Assembly (NCBI GenBank): GCA_051942205.1
Contig: JAVECO010000150.1
Coordinates: forward strand, 1-59,253
Direction: 5' to 3'
Source of the DNA: Coniocarpon cinnabarinum
Taxonomy: Eukaryota
Length of the DNA stretch: 59,253 nucleotides
The first letter of the stretch is position 1, and each line of letters starts with the position of its first letter. The notes beneath the pieces were generated by a model. That model made no database searches. It worked only from the letters and a program-made list of their open reading frames with translations, and was not told the origin of the DNA. The translations under genes were made by a program, and so were the position numbers. Positions 25,769-37,721 of this stretch are shown in pieces.

Positions 25769-26414
25769 ATGCGGGAAATCTCGCGACGTCGTGAGAATAG
25801 CAGACCGAGAGCAGAAAGTTTTCCGCAAGGGTCACAGACAAGTCGTGGCCGGATCTCAGTCTAGGCAGTGAGCCCGTACGGTAAGGAAGATCCAGGTCAT
25901 GAAGCTATGGGCATAGCGGCGAGAAGCCCCCTTGACCTTAAGTGCTGTTTAATTTTGATCTGGCAAGTACTCTCCTCCTAGGCCCTTACCCCAGGCGTCT
26001 CGGACAAAAGCCGGCTTTACGATAAGAAACATTTGACCTATAAAGGCTTAATTATAGCGACGAAAGCCCTTTGCAAACCATTAGACGCTGGGTTGTAGTG
26101 CGGCAAATGCTCTTCTTCGAGACCCTGGCCGCGTGGGGCTCTTGGTAACATGCACACTGAAATGCACAGAGCAATGTCGGAACATTGAGTCGCGTCACGA
26201 CAAGGGGCACAGTGGCATTACTTGCCGCACCAGAAATCAGCGCCTGAAGGTCTGGGTGGCCATCGCCATTGTACTCAAAGCTTTGTAGCCTGCGATCTCC
26301 TTATCGTACAAACTCGCTGTCCAGATCAAAATCCGGCAGTGACTGTAATGCATGACACTTGCGAACCTTGAAAGCAGCCGACGCTGACGCTTAATCGAAC
26401 CTAATAACAAGGGC

Positions 26415-27377
26415 CTATGCTCCAGGCACAGCAGAAAGCACGCCATTCTTGTCGTATTTGGCCTCTGGAGTCACTTTGCGTCAGCTACCCGCTCATATAG
26501 TACTTCACGATTGACATGACATACTGAAAAACGTGTAATTCAATGTAATGGTCTCAATATTCCTCATGTTGGGATCATTCATGAACTCCGGATCGATATA
26601 GAAGAACACCGGCATGTCCACAGTCTCTCCAGCGTTTAATCTTTGCTCTTCAAAACAGAAACATTGAATTTTGCTGAAATATGGCGCCACCTGTCCCGGG
26701 CTGACGCTGTACGTCGCCACCCCAATGATATCCGCTTCAGACTGGTTCGTCGCGGTGTAGAACGCTAGCGCTGTTTCGCCAGGCAGAACCCGCACTTCTC
26801 GTTGCTGCGGCACGAATCTCCACGGCAGTATGTCTGATGTGTTGCCTGAGAATGTGATTCGTAGCCGTGGGGCGTCGGTGACGGGTGTGAGACGTGTAGC
26901 AGGATCTGAGTCCACAGAGCCGTGCGCCGCTGAACGAATGGGTTGGCCGCCCCAGCCTGTTTGCTGACATATCTGGATTGATTTGTTAGCCTGGCTTCAG
27001 TCTATATCCTCGAGGACAAGGAGTCCACGAACCATTTTGTACATAGGCACTGATCCATAAGAAAGCGCCACTGTCCCGATGATGGCGCTCAAGCTGTAGA
27101 ACCTTGAAAAGATTTGTTAGTCTCAAAAGCCCGGATGCTTCGATAGCTGATTATACACGCACATCGCAGTCACATTTTTATGATTCTGCGCAGCGCGCAC
27201 TTGCGTCATTGGATCTGCATATTGTCTTTGACGAGCGGCGCCATGTAGCGGCCTCCGCCGTAGTTTTCGCGGATCAGCTCGTGATTGAGCCTGGCGCAGA
27301 CATTGTGGACACGTCCAAGGGCGACTTTCGAACGACTTTAGCAGTCTTTGAAAGCCCTGAGGTGCAAAAGCATTCAT
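26415..27377 (-). CDS. COX11: Cytochrome c oxidase assembly protein Cox11 (copper chaperone), 4 exons
   Basis: Arg-rich mitochondrial-type N-terminus, 'LSYGSVPMYKM|ICQQTGWGG', 'LPWRFVPQQREV', 'GETALAFY', the CFC motif 'FSKIQCFCFEEQRL' and 'MPVFFYIDP'. Confidence 0.96.
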
Positions 27378-27683
27378 GGTAATGGAATCTCCGCAAGTTG
27401 ACGAAGCTCGCGCGCAATCAGTGTACACGATACGCTATGCCCGATACGGATGTATTTATATCAGAGATGTATTAAGACAGCGCCTATTCGTTCAGGCAGC
27501 AGTAGGAAGATTGCAACAATTCGGGGTAGTTCGAGGTGAGTTGCAGCACTGCTGACACACCTGACTGATTCATAAGAGATATCTATGTATGCGAGAACGA
27601 CCGTGTCAAGGCGCCTCACGCACCCAGTTGCACCGTTAGAGCTCCAAGAACAGGCTCAAGTATCCACTGAAAGGCTTTGTTTG

Positions 27684-28454
27684 CTACTTTCGATGACCTG
27701 GGGGCGGCAAAATCACAACAGTTGTGCTTGTAGATCGCGGTGGTGCTGATGTTGGGAGGGTAGTTGTGATGACAGGATGACTCGTCACGACATTGGCGGC
27801 TTGGCTCGAAGCGCTGACTGACGGTTCTGAAGAGTGTGAATTGTTGCTGGCATTTTGCGACTCGTTTGCAGTGGTCGAAACGCTTGCTGACCCTGTGGTG
27901 GATGTTACACCGCTTGAAGTGATCGTCGAAGGGGCGATTGTCGTAGTAGAGGCGTAAGATCTGCTGGCACTATTACTAGTCGAGGATTGGCTGGCTTCAG
28001 TCTGACTCTGAGGATTTGTAGACCGGTCAATAACAGAGGATGATGGAGCGCTTGCTGAGTTGAGACTGGATGCTGTGGCAATGACTGCTAAGTTGTTTGG
28101 GTTCGTGGCCATTGCTTGAGACTCAAAAAGTACCGAGGAGGCTGTCCCGCCGCTTGGATTGGGAAAAGCAGTTTGGAAGATGATACTTGTTGAAGTTACA
28201 ATGTCGACAGCACCCTGCGCCGGATTGACTTCGGCAACATTGCCACTGGCGCTTTGATCTTGAGGACTCCCGCGGACGATCTGATTGAGACCTTGATGGC
28301 TACACCGGTAGTCTGAAAGATGTTGGTCGGACTGTATGAGCCATGGAAGGGGATTTTGTTTGATGAGCCCTATCAAGGTGTACGTGAAGAGAGCTGCAGA
28401 CTCAAAGAGTATGATGGCAACGAGGAGGACGACGTAGTGAGTGGGGATCCACAT
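27684..28454 (-). CDS. Ser/Thr-rich protein with an N-terminal hydrophobic segment (possible surface or membrane protein); 5' end may extend further
   Basis: 256-aa ORF with a hydrophobic helix at residues about 7-30 and a long S/T-rich tail. Hydrophobic ORF fragments lie upstream (28494-29071). Confidence 0.5.
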   Translation of the reverse strand: MWIPTHYVVLLVAIILFESAALFTYTLIGLIKQNPLPWLIQSDQHLSDYRCSHQGLNQIVRGSPQDQSASGNVAEVNPAQGAVDIVTSTSIIFQTAFPNPSGGTASSVLFESQAMATNPNNLAVIATASSLNSASAPSSSVIDRSTNPQSQTEASQSSTSNSASRSYASTTTIAPSTITSSGVTSTTGSASVSTTANESQNASNNSHSSEPSVSASSQAANVVTSHPVITTTLPTSAPPRSTSTTVVILPPPGHRK

Positions 28455-29341
28455 CTTGAGTGGGTCTTAGTGATGATTGCGAACGAGCGTGACTTATATC
28501 GACCGGCGTGATGTGAAAGTAAAGAACGACGAGGGGACCAAGATTATTAGGAGGCGAACGCGGTGTGGCACTGCCTTAGATGAAGGTAAACCGCAAGAGA
28601 AAACACAGTAGATGACCAGCACCTGACATAATGAAATACCTAGACAAACAATACGCAAGCTATTGAGAGCGAAGAGTGGGAGAATTTGAGCAGAGGTGCT
28701 TGGAAGGAAAGGGGTCCACTGAAGATACCTGCCTACCACCTTTCACTTGCACAGTGTCATCAGTAGTCGCAAGTCGCACGAACATGAGACAGGCTGTGGC
28801 TAGCATAGCATGGAGGATCCAGCCGACTAAGAGTCGCATTGCTGCGCCGCTGATTTGGTAGTTGGACGTCGTTCTCACTTGTGGTGGGTACACTGTTTGC
28901 TCTCGTTTCAGGCTCGGCGCTTCTCTGCCACACAATGGCCTCGACTATCATCAAGGCGCCTACTGAGACTTGTGCCATATTTAGCACACACACGCGTAAC
29001 TTGTGTTGTAACATTTCGATTATAAAGGGAGCCCTAAAGAACGCAACGCAACTTATGTCTCTCATTGGCAAAGTACTGACTGAACATGCCGGCAGCCGAA
29101 ATCCGACGGCCTTGAATTTCAGTGCCTAAATTTTCAGGCATGAGATACTGGCACGTGCGCAGGCGTTCAAAATCAAATGCTTGCTGTTTGGGCAAACGAC
29201 CATGTTGCCTTTTCTTTGGCGACCCTCAGGGTATCCAAGAAGTCCTAGTCCCGACCATATATGAGTTCACGAGAATCTGAATGATGCAGGTGAAGTCTCA
29301 GGATCAATTTCCCCGTTTCGAGGCAGGCTGCATGGACATTG

Positions 29342-30271
29342 TCACCATTCAATTGGCATTCTCAACATTGCGTATCGTTCCCCACCACTTCTAAAACGTA
29401 TTTTTTTCCTTGTTTCCATCATGAACTTGCCGTACAATTGTCTGCCAGCCGAAGTAGCTTCAGTATAGATGCCAGACCCACTCAGGTTGGCTTGCTCAAC
29501 AATATGTTGCATCAACAGGTTACCGATCCCCTTGCGCTGGAAGCTGGGATGTACGACCAAGCTTTCAAGATCTGCAAGAGTCAGTCAGAACTAGGCTTTA
29601 CCGAAGTCTTGTTGCGTCCTCACAAAGAACATCATTATATTCTTGCAGGATTCGGTCTGCTGTTCTCTCCATTGCTCTATTGACTGCTGCATACGCGGAC
29701 GCGTCAAGACAGTCCGGTGTTGCCGGTTCGAGCGAGCTGCGTGTGGACGCGATAGACGAACGACCCTGGTTCTTGCAATCCTGATACCATACCGCATAGC
29801 CAGCAATGAAATGCCGATCGAAGGGTTGTACTCGTTCAGAGACGTCATTAACAAGCGTGCCATGCCAGCTTGTCACAGATTCGATGGCCGTCTGAGGTGC
29901 TGCAACTACCTTGACACATGTTTGAGTCTCGTCAGGACAGCCAAACGCGCTGCGCCAACATTGCACCTGTGTGGCGGCAGCGAACGATCAGTCTTGCCAC
30001 TGCCCTATTTGTTCGTCCGGCCTTGGCCATCTAACTTACGCACTTTCCATTGGCGCTCTTGCTCCATGCGAACATGGTGCTCGATGTCTCGTCGAAAGCA
30101 GCCGTCTGTCATCTTATCGCCTTGAAATGCACGCATTGCAATCTCTACTACTTCCGAGACGTCGTCTTGAGTCAGTGGCAATAGTTTGAAATAATACTTT
30201 CTTTTCCGGTTAGGCTCGATCAGCGGTATTGAGACCGTCGCACAGCTTTGTACATCTTTTTCGAGCAGCAT
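29342..30271 (-). CDS. GNAT-family N-acetyltransferase; introns 29967-30043 and 29572-29623
   Basis: Splicing joins three ORFs in frame. Motif A 'YLESLVVHPSFQRKGIGNLL', 'IYTEATSAGRQLY' and 'IAGYAVW' are present. Confidence 0.8.
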
Positions 30272-32278
30272 CGAGGTAGGTTTCGGTATTCAGAGCACTA
30301 GAGAAAAAACGACACATATTGGCTACGCCTGGAAATCCGAATAGATTTTTTCAAGCTATGTTAAGACCTTCGCATCATTTACCAAGCTTTTCTTGAGTGA
30401 GGAAAGAGACACAATGAGCTCGAGATGGATGTACATGCAGTGACTTTCGTGCAACCTCAACAATATTCGGGGAAGAGCAACTTGCAGGAGGTCTGACACT
30501 TGCTGTAGCTTCGCTGCAGAGTGGGTGCGGGTCTTCATGCAAGTCCTGTCGTAGCTCCGTCCCACACCGGGCTTGCCATGTTTTTGTGGGTCCAGCTACA
30601 TAATTCGAGGTCACAAGATACTTTTTGGGTCCAACGTTAACACGACTCGCAGTGCAGACTCGGTGAGTGCTTATCTCTTGATGTAATGCTAAGTACGACT
30701 TCAGCATTGCATGTGCCTGCGGCAACCCTTTGCGGAGATGCTCGTGCGAACATCCCACACTCCGTGGCCACACAATTTTAGGAAGCTAGAAGGAAATGTT
30801 CGGTCCACAATGATGTGGTAAACGTCCGCGTCTCAACCTTCTCGCACTTGTTCAACAGCTTGAGACAACTATGATCTCCACGCTGAGCGATGATTTCAAA
30901 ATCTTCTAATATGATCTCCCTGGGTTCTTGAAGGCCTTGCAACTCTAGACTAGACCTGGCCATCATCACTGCACGGCAGCGTAAGCAGCTTACCGCAGTC
31001 TTTGCACTGTCATCCATACGAACGTTGGTCTCGCCCTCAGAATCAGCCTTCCCTACTTCATCGATGCCGCATCACACTCCCATTGTGGCAGTCCAAGCGA
31101 GCGAACGGCCCGATGAAATACGCATCTAGTCCGTGGCTGTGACAGTCCCGCCCCACAACACAGCAGCAGAGCGCCGGCTGCCCGGCCCCAACGCTGAAAC
31201 GCTTAAGCTCTGAAACGAGGTCGCGTTTACTCAGTTCAATGTCGTAAAACATATTGAATCTTTGCGGCTGTACGCAGTGCTGCTATTGTTGGATGCTGTG
31301 AGTTGGTATAGCGGCACATGACAATCACTATGGACACGCCATCAACCTCTCAGATGGCGAAAAGCAGCGAACACGGTTCATCCTTCGCGACTGTGAAGCT
31401 ACGGCACACGCAGCGGGAGCTCCGTCAGATCCGCAAAGGAACAGGTGGTTCTCTGCCCATCGTCTGGGCTTCGACGGCAGATCAGGGTATCGCAACATGC
31501 CCACCACTCACACAGCTTCCAGCGCATTCTGCATCATCGTGCGCTCCTCTTGTGACTGATACTGTAGCGAAGCGATGGAAGCCGTCGCGCTCGAAACGAT
31601 CTATCTGCTCCGGCGCGCCAGCACAGCTTCGATCTTCCCTGGTCCACCAACGTCTCAAGTTGCTGGTCGCGCTGACGAAGATCTTGACTCTAATGCGACG
31701 GATGCGACTCACAGCGATGTCACGCCTACCGCGATTCCACAGCCTGCGACTGTGAGTGTTGACTCGGCGGTTGTCGGGATCAGTACAGCGATCCGCGCGA
31801 GATTGGATGCCGTGTTACGACAGACGTGGAGCTAGATGGAGGATCCAACTTGAAGCAGCGGAGGGTCGCGACAGCACAGACGCGCCAGCATTTGCGCTTC
31901 AAGAGAAACATCGGCTGTGATTTCCACCACATTCGCTGAAGCACCGTGAAAGACGGTAAAGCAGAGGAAGACATGACGCGATCTTGCATGTCCGCGGAAG
32001 ACCGCACAGAATCAACATGTAAAGAAAGTGGCAAAGACTTGGGGACCAAATGCAGAGAAGAGATCACCATTACGATCTAGCGCCATACAAATACCATAGG
32101 CCAAGTGACACCCACCCACCCATTGCTCCAATCTATGCGTGATGTACAAACTCTAGCTTGCTCGCCGAAATCGATGTCCGCGCGCTGGCTCAACTGCGAT
32201 GGCCTACCCACCTATTCTCGAAGTCCTCAAGCCACCGCATCTCAACGCGCGACATTGTCTGTAGCCCCCCCATGGCCC

Positions 32279-33044
32279 CTACTCCTCCACCCGCGTCTCC
32301 TCCCGCAAGAAGGTAATGAGATCGTTCCGATCTTTGGGTTTCTTCAACCCGCCGAACGCCATTTTAGTGCCGGGGATGTACTTCTTGGGGTTTTCGAGGT
32401 ATTCAAACTGTCGCGGAATCATTAGCTCATGCTTCAATTCGGATCTCCCTGCGACGGGGTACAGTGGGGAGTGAGACGAAGCACACGTACCAGCGTGTCC
32501 TCTTCCCATTTGACGGCCTTGTTCTTGTTCGCTTCCGTGTACGAAAAGCCCTCGACTTGACCGGTCTTCCGGCCGAAGAGACCGTGGAGGTTCGGTCCGA
32601 TTTTGTTGCCTTCTTCTGCTTTCAGGTTGTGGCATTGTGCGCAGCGGGTCTGTGTTGCGGCATGTTAGTTCTGGAAAATGACATATGATGTTGATGGCGA
32701 GATGCGCATGAGGATGGAGAGGCGGATAGCAACGGAGAGGGTGGCGCGTACCTTAAAGAGGCCGGCGCCTTTCTTGGCGTCGCCTGTGGGATTGTCAGCC
32801 GGTGATTGCTGATGGGAGAAGTGGCGGTGAGTATAGAGTGGTGAAGACAAAGCGCGCGCCGGAAGCGAGGAGCAGGACAGTAATTGCCGTATCAGCAATG
32901 TCGGCGATTTCGCATGAGGTATCGACGACACCGGAACCCCCAGCGCAATTGACGAGCACTCATCGAAGGCGGCGCGGCTCTTTGTCCTCGTGAAATGATC
33001 AGGAGAACGAACGTACCATCCGAGAAGCTGGCGTCCTTTGGCAT
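32279..33044 (-). CDS. CYC1: Cytochrome c, 4 exons (intron 1 = 32784-33016)
   Basis: Spliced protein [29 protein letters not shown]...[13 protein letters not shown]...[23 protein letters not shown], with the CxxCH heme motif. Confidence 0.98.
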
Positions 33045-33260
33045 TCTGACTGAGAAGGTCTCAAATAGAGGAACACAGAGGGTATGCTCAAGAACAATGC
33101 AGCAGAGTACGGTAGCAAAGATGCAAGTCTAGGAGATCGAGACAGCGGTGAAAGCGAGGGAGGGAATCAAGAAATGTTGAACGCAAAGAGAGTTGAATCC
33201 AAAAAATGTATGATGAAGAAAATTGTAGGGGAGCCCAGATCTTGCAGGCTTCGCCCTCGG

Positions 33261-33280
33261 CCAATCGCGTCACTCGCAAT
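33261..33280 (+). promoter_or_regulatory. Bipartite CCAAT-binding complex:HapX motif (CSAAT-N12-RWT)
   Basis: CCAAT + CGCGTCACTCGC (12 nt) + AAT, about 217 bp upstream of the cytochrome c ATG. Confidence 0.6.
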
Positions 33281-33784
33281 TCCAAGCGTGGGCTCCATCT
33301 TTGCTGATCCCCATTGCTAAGCCACTCGTGGCGAAGTGGTGTGTTACGTTCATTCCGAGTGGCACCTCCTCGCTCATTTAGCTCGGAGGAGCTCGGACGT
33401 CGGAACTGCACGGCTTCGATGTCAATGGAATTTGCTCAGATGACCTGCACATAGTGGCAACGATTGAAAGTTGGTGGGAGAACATTTCATCGAGTTCCAG
33501 TCGTGGCGGTGAAAGGTCTCATATCTCCCGCCACCAAGTTTGCGTTCAAATGTCTGTACAATTGCAAATGCCGACCAGCAAATGGAACTATGGGTATCTT
33601 CGCGTACAATGTCCTAAACCTGCGAAACCTAAACAGCACTGTGCATATCTGTCGTATCGCGTCGAGTCGAGAGGCGCGCCCCCCAACGCCGCACAGGTCG
33701 TATCATGTCATGTCATGTCATGTCATGGTGGGGAGACCCGTGAGAAACCATGTACAAAGCAACGATCTGTGCTGTTTCATCAAA

Positions 33785-35073
33785 TCAACCCTTGTCCAGC
33801 ATCCCCAACATCGCCGCGAGCCTGTTGTTGCCCTCCTTCAGCTCCTGCATGAACTTGGCCGCCTCCTGCAGCATGTTGCTTTTGCTGAACCCGCCCGCCC
33901 GCAGCTCGGGCACCATGTGGTTCGTGTCTTCGAAGCCCTGCTTGATCAGGTTGCGCCGCTTCTGCTCCGACTGGATGTGGTTGCTGCGCTTTTGCTCCTC
34001 TGTCAGATTTTCGCGCGTGGCCTTCTTATCGCCGGGCGACGATTTGCGCCGATGGCTGGGACTGCCCGTCGCTTTGGATTTGGAGGGTGTCTTTCTGTGT
34101 GACTTGCCTCCTGAGCCGAGACCGTCACCTCCGGAGCTGTCGTCGTGCAATCTTTCTCGTGTCTTTCCCCGCTTGCTGAGCGTGTCGTCGTCGCTCATGA
34201 CTGAGTCCTCCTCTTCGACAGACGAGCGACGCCGTTTCCTCCGTGATGGTTTCGATTGTGGAGACCGGTCGGGCAGCGCTCGATGACGGGGCTGAGTGGG
34301 ACTGGCGCTGGTGTCGTGGCTGAACGAAGAGATGAGATTAAGGAGATCGTGCTCTGGTGGTCTTTGTATGCTAGGTGCTGCGTACTTGGCTCCTTGAAAT
34401 TTGCTGTCGGATCCAAAGTTCAGTGGAGGCGGGCGACGTGGTGACTGCGGCTGTGAATGGGCGGCGATTCCGGGATACATCCCCGTTTCTGCAGCCGCAA
34501 CGTCTGGCGTGCCAAAATTATGTCCGTGGAAGTCTGGCTGCGAGGTCTGCGCGAATCCGTACATGGCGGCGGCGGGAGCACGCGTCGCGCTCGGAAAGCC
34601 TTCATGTCCCATACTGCCATTTGTGTACGTAGTGTGATTTGAATGTAACAGTCGTGCAGCAGCGTAGACATCATCAGTTGCACCGTAGTGGCCACCAAAA
34701 AGTCGGATGGGAGAAGGCTGGTCTGAGGTGTGAGCGCTGTGCGCAGAAGGTTCATTTGGAGAGAACCACTGGTGCTGCGGAGATGTCGAGTAGGGATCAT
34801 GATCATGCTGTCGGCTTTGTGTCATCGCCAGAAAGCCGGGATCGATATTGTTGGGATTGTCAAAAAAGTCGCGGAGTAATCCCGTCTCGTTATTGTCCAG
34901 TAGTGGAGGGCCAGACGGCGCGTGAGACTCATCTTGACCTGACTGCAGTAGCTCATCTTGTTGTACGAAGGTGACTGTGCAGCTTGTTAGTCCAGCCAGA
35001 GAGCGAACATGGGTACTTGGCACTTACATCCAAATGGTATCGACGGGTCTCCTCCGCCCTCATTCGCGCTCAT
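33785..35073 (-). CDS. bHLH transcription factor, INO2/INO4-like; intron 34975-35027
   Basis: C-terminal bHLH 'ENLTEEQKRSNHIQSEQKRRNLIKQGFEDTNHMVPELRAGGFSKSNMLQEAAKFM'. Exon 1 MSANEGGGDPSIPFG splices in frame. Confidence 0.88.
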
Positions 35074-36082
35074 CTTAAGGTCAGGGCGCTGCTGAAGACG
35101 AGCTCAGATTTGATGGCGCAAATAACCAGCTGCAGCAGAACGCTGCAAAGACAGGACTGGCAGATTGAGTGGCTATGCAAGGGCGGAACATTGTTTGATG
35201 GCCGACTATCTATGATACAGAGGGCGTATGGCAGGCGGGGCGTGGCCGCCTCAGTGCCACTCCGAACGAGGTGAGGCCGAGAGAGGTGATGAGACGAGCG
35301 TGTTGACTGCCTAATGCCAGCAATGTCCCAAGATGGACTGGTGGTGGACCTCTGTGGGGCGGGCAAGAAAAGGATGGGGAGAGCGAATTTTTGATGGAGG
35401 GTTGGAATGACCGGGGCTCAAACAATGCCAGGCGCTAGCTGCTCCCGCAATTTTTGACCAGCATTCGTAGCAGATTTGTTCTTGATGCCGTGGACGTAGA
35501 GTATTGAATGAACTCGTCAGACAGAAGACTGGACGTACTCGGGACGAGTGGTGCGCATGATGTTGAGTTGAGTCCTACTGTCACATGTCAATCAGGGGCA
35601 GTGCGGGAGCACTGTTTTCCAGCATGTGAATTCAACCTCCTCCCTCTTACATATAGCGCTACAGCGTGTTCTTTGTTTCCTCCCACTTTCCAGCGTGCAA
35701 ACCAGAGGACTCACGTCGCGGTTCAAACTCCATTCTCGGCCAAGCCTGTTGCATCGACGCTGATCAAGGCTCCACACGACTCTGCTTTTCCGACGGCCTC
35801 GGCTGCGACGCTCTTTGCTCAACCAAACGGCGAAGATCAATGCGCAGAGTAAAGGTCAGCGCTTTGTGCCAAGGAGAACACCGATTTAGGCACATATAGA
35901 CACTGGTGACCAAGTCTTCGATCAAGCTAAGGAAAGAGATCACGCACGTCGTCGTAATGTTCTGGACAGGACAGCATGACGCGAACGGCCGCAGGGATAT
36001 CTCAACATAGGCAAGGCCTTAATCTAGACACGTTCAAGCCGCAGGTTCCCGTAGCTACACAATCTATGGTCGTCTTTCTCAG

Positions 36083-37721
36083 ATGCTATGTAGTCTACTC
36101 CGCGCGTATTCATGGGCTTTCCTCTCTGTGATAGCACCGCGTGTAGGGTCGGTTCTTGTTAGCGTTCTTCATCGAGAAACCAGCGTTGTAAAAGGCTTGA
36201 GGCATATTTATGCTTCAGCCAAGGTCGAGTTGAGTCTCCATAGTCTACCTGCATCGTTCGAAATACCTGTAAGCGGAGCTACTGTGCTTCCGCACGCACT
36301 GTTGTCGGTTTTCAACCAGTTAAGGAACGAAGCGACGCCATTGAATGTCTGCCCGCATCTGAGGTATTTTTGTTGGCTGCGATTTGCTTGTACCTTTGCT
36401 ACATGACTGGAAAGCTCTGCACTTTTGAACCAACCACGATGAGATGCAAAAAGAGAGATACTCTTGATCGATGCTCCCCCTTCGCCGCAAGAGCGGCATC
36501 ACAGCTCTGAAAGCCATGCAAACAATGAGGAGGTAAGTTTTAAGGCGAATGGCGTGGTCATGGCGGAGAGAACGACGCCGATAGCTGGTCGAACGCTTGA
36601 TCTCACATATTTTGATATCGTGCTAGCCACTGATATATGTCTGCGGTTGCTCTGGTCCCGCACCCTTGCACATGACAGTGCAGCTTTGCACAATGCACAC
36701 GCAATAGACCGGCTTGCTGGAATCACTACTCTCATTGCATCAAGCTATGTCATCATGTGAGTCAACCAAGCTATGGGTGCACTGCCATTTAGTATACCTG
36801 CTTACTCACTGAACATACAGGTGGGCGTGGTTCTTCGCCCCAACCAAGTTACCTAAAGGATATCAGAGATGATTCTCTAAGGCTGCAGAACTTGATCATA
36901 GGCTTCTGCAAGCACTGCGCGAATGTCGTGAGGGCATCTTCTGTTATGGCAAGGATACCAGTAGAGGGGACTTTATACGGCCCCTGTGCATGGAGGTTGG
37001 TTGCCCAGAAGAGTGGGAAGATCCAGCTTGCTGCGCTCAAGTACCGTGCAAAGTCCCCCGCTGTGGTACTGGAGATAGTTGCGAGTGGCACGCCGTGACA
37101 AGACTTGCCAGAGCGCGGCTTTTCGCCATGAAGATGTACCTGCCCCTCAACTTGCTCGTCTTCATGCAACGGAAGCCGGCTTCCAAGAGGTTGTATAAGC
37201 CTCTACTGGATGCAGCGCGAAGCTTGGCTTTCCTGGATGCTTCGTCGCGCTCTTCTATTGGGGCGTATGCCTTGCAAGGCTGCGAGTCGGTCTCAAGGTG
37301 CTCCTAAGCACTACACCTCAGCAGTGGGATGGTGGTCTAGCAGTCAGTGCGCAGGCAGGAGATCACGATAATTCTACAATCTTATCACGCCAACCAAATG
37401 GGCAAGGTGAATCTCGGTTGTCTCCTGTGTGGTAGCAGCATCTTGCTTGAGAAGCCCAGTCGAAGACAGGAAATCACGTTCTTCGTAGCTCCGCGGGCTC
37501 TTGCGACCGCTTTTCTCAGACAGTACGATCGACGGGTAAGTCTATCCGTATTTCCAGATTCACAGCATTTCTAACTGACCAATCTTGGCGTGAAGTACCT
37601 TCATCGAGAGCAAGTGGTCTATGCAATATGTGCGGCAGTAATCTTGACAGCAGGTGCTGAACGACCTCGCAGAGTTCGGGGTATGCTCGGTCGACTGTTG
37701 CGGCGGATTCTGGTAGATTAA
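36083..37721 (+). pseudogene. Pseudogene of a TMEM135/PMP-like fungal integral membrane protein
   Basis: Recognisable blocks 'LLRAY', 'AGRTLDLT', 'WAWFFAPTKLP', 'SCEWHA', 'LFYWGVCLAR', 'LLEKPSRRQE..FFVAPRAL' and 'RVRGMLGRLL'. They are broken by in-frame TGAs (36404, 36440, 36870), a frameshift near 37240 and an apparent frame-breaking insertion near 37350-37410. Confidence 0.8.

Noticed and set aside
25900..26145. RNase MRP/P-like or hammerhead RNA (AAGCCCC...GGGGCT, small hairpin near 26042-26072)
   Set aside because: The conserved core motifs are not matched; an Infernal/Rfam search would be needed.
35623..35632. UAS-INO-like CATGTGAATT upstream of the bHLH gene
   Set aside because: Imperfect match, and the same 10-mer occurs near 2387 in an unrelated context.
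36404..36872. TGA stops rescued by A-to-I editing or readthrough
   Set aside because: The same gene also has a frameshift and an insertion, so plain pseudogenisation is the simpler explanation.
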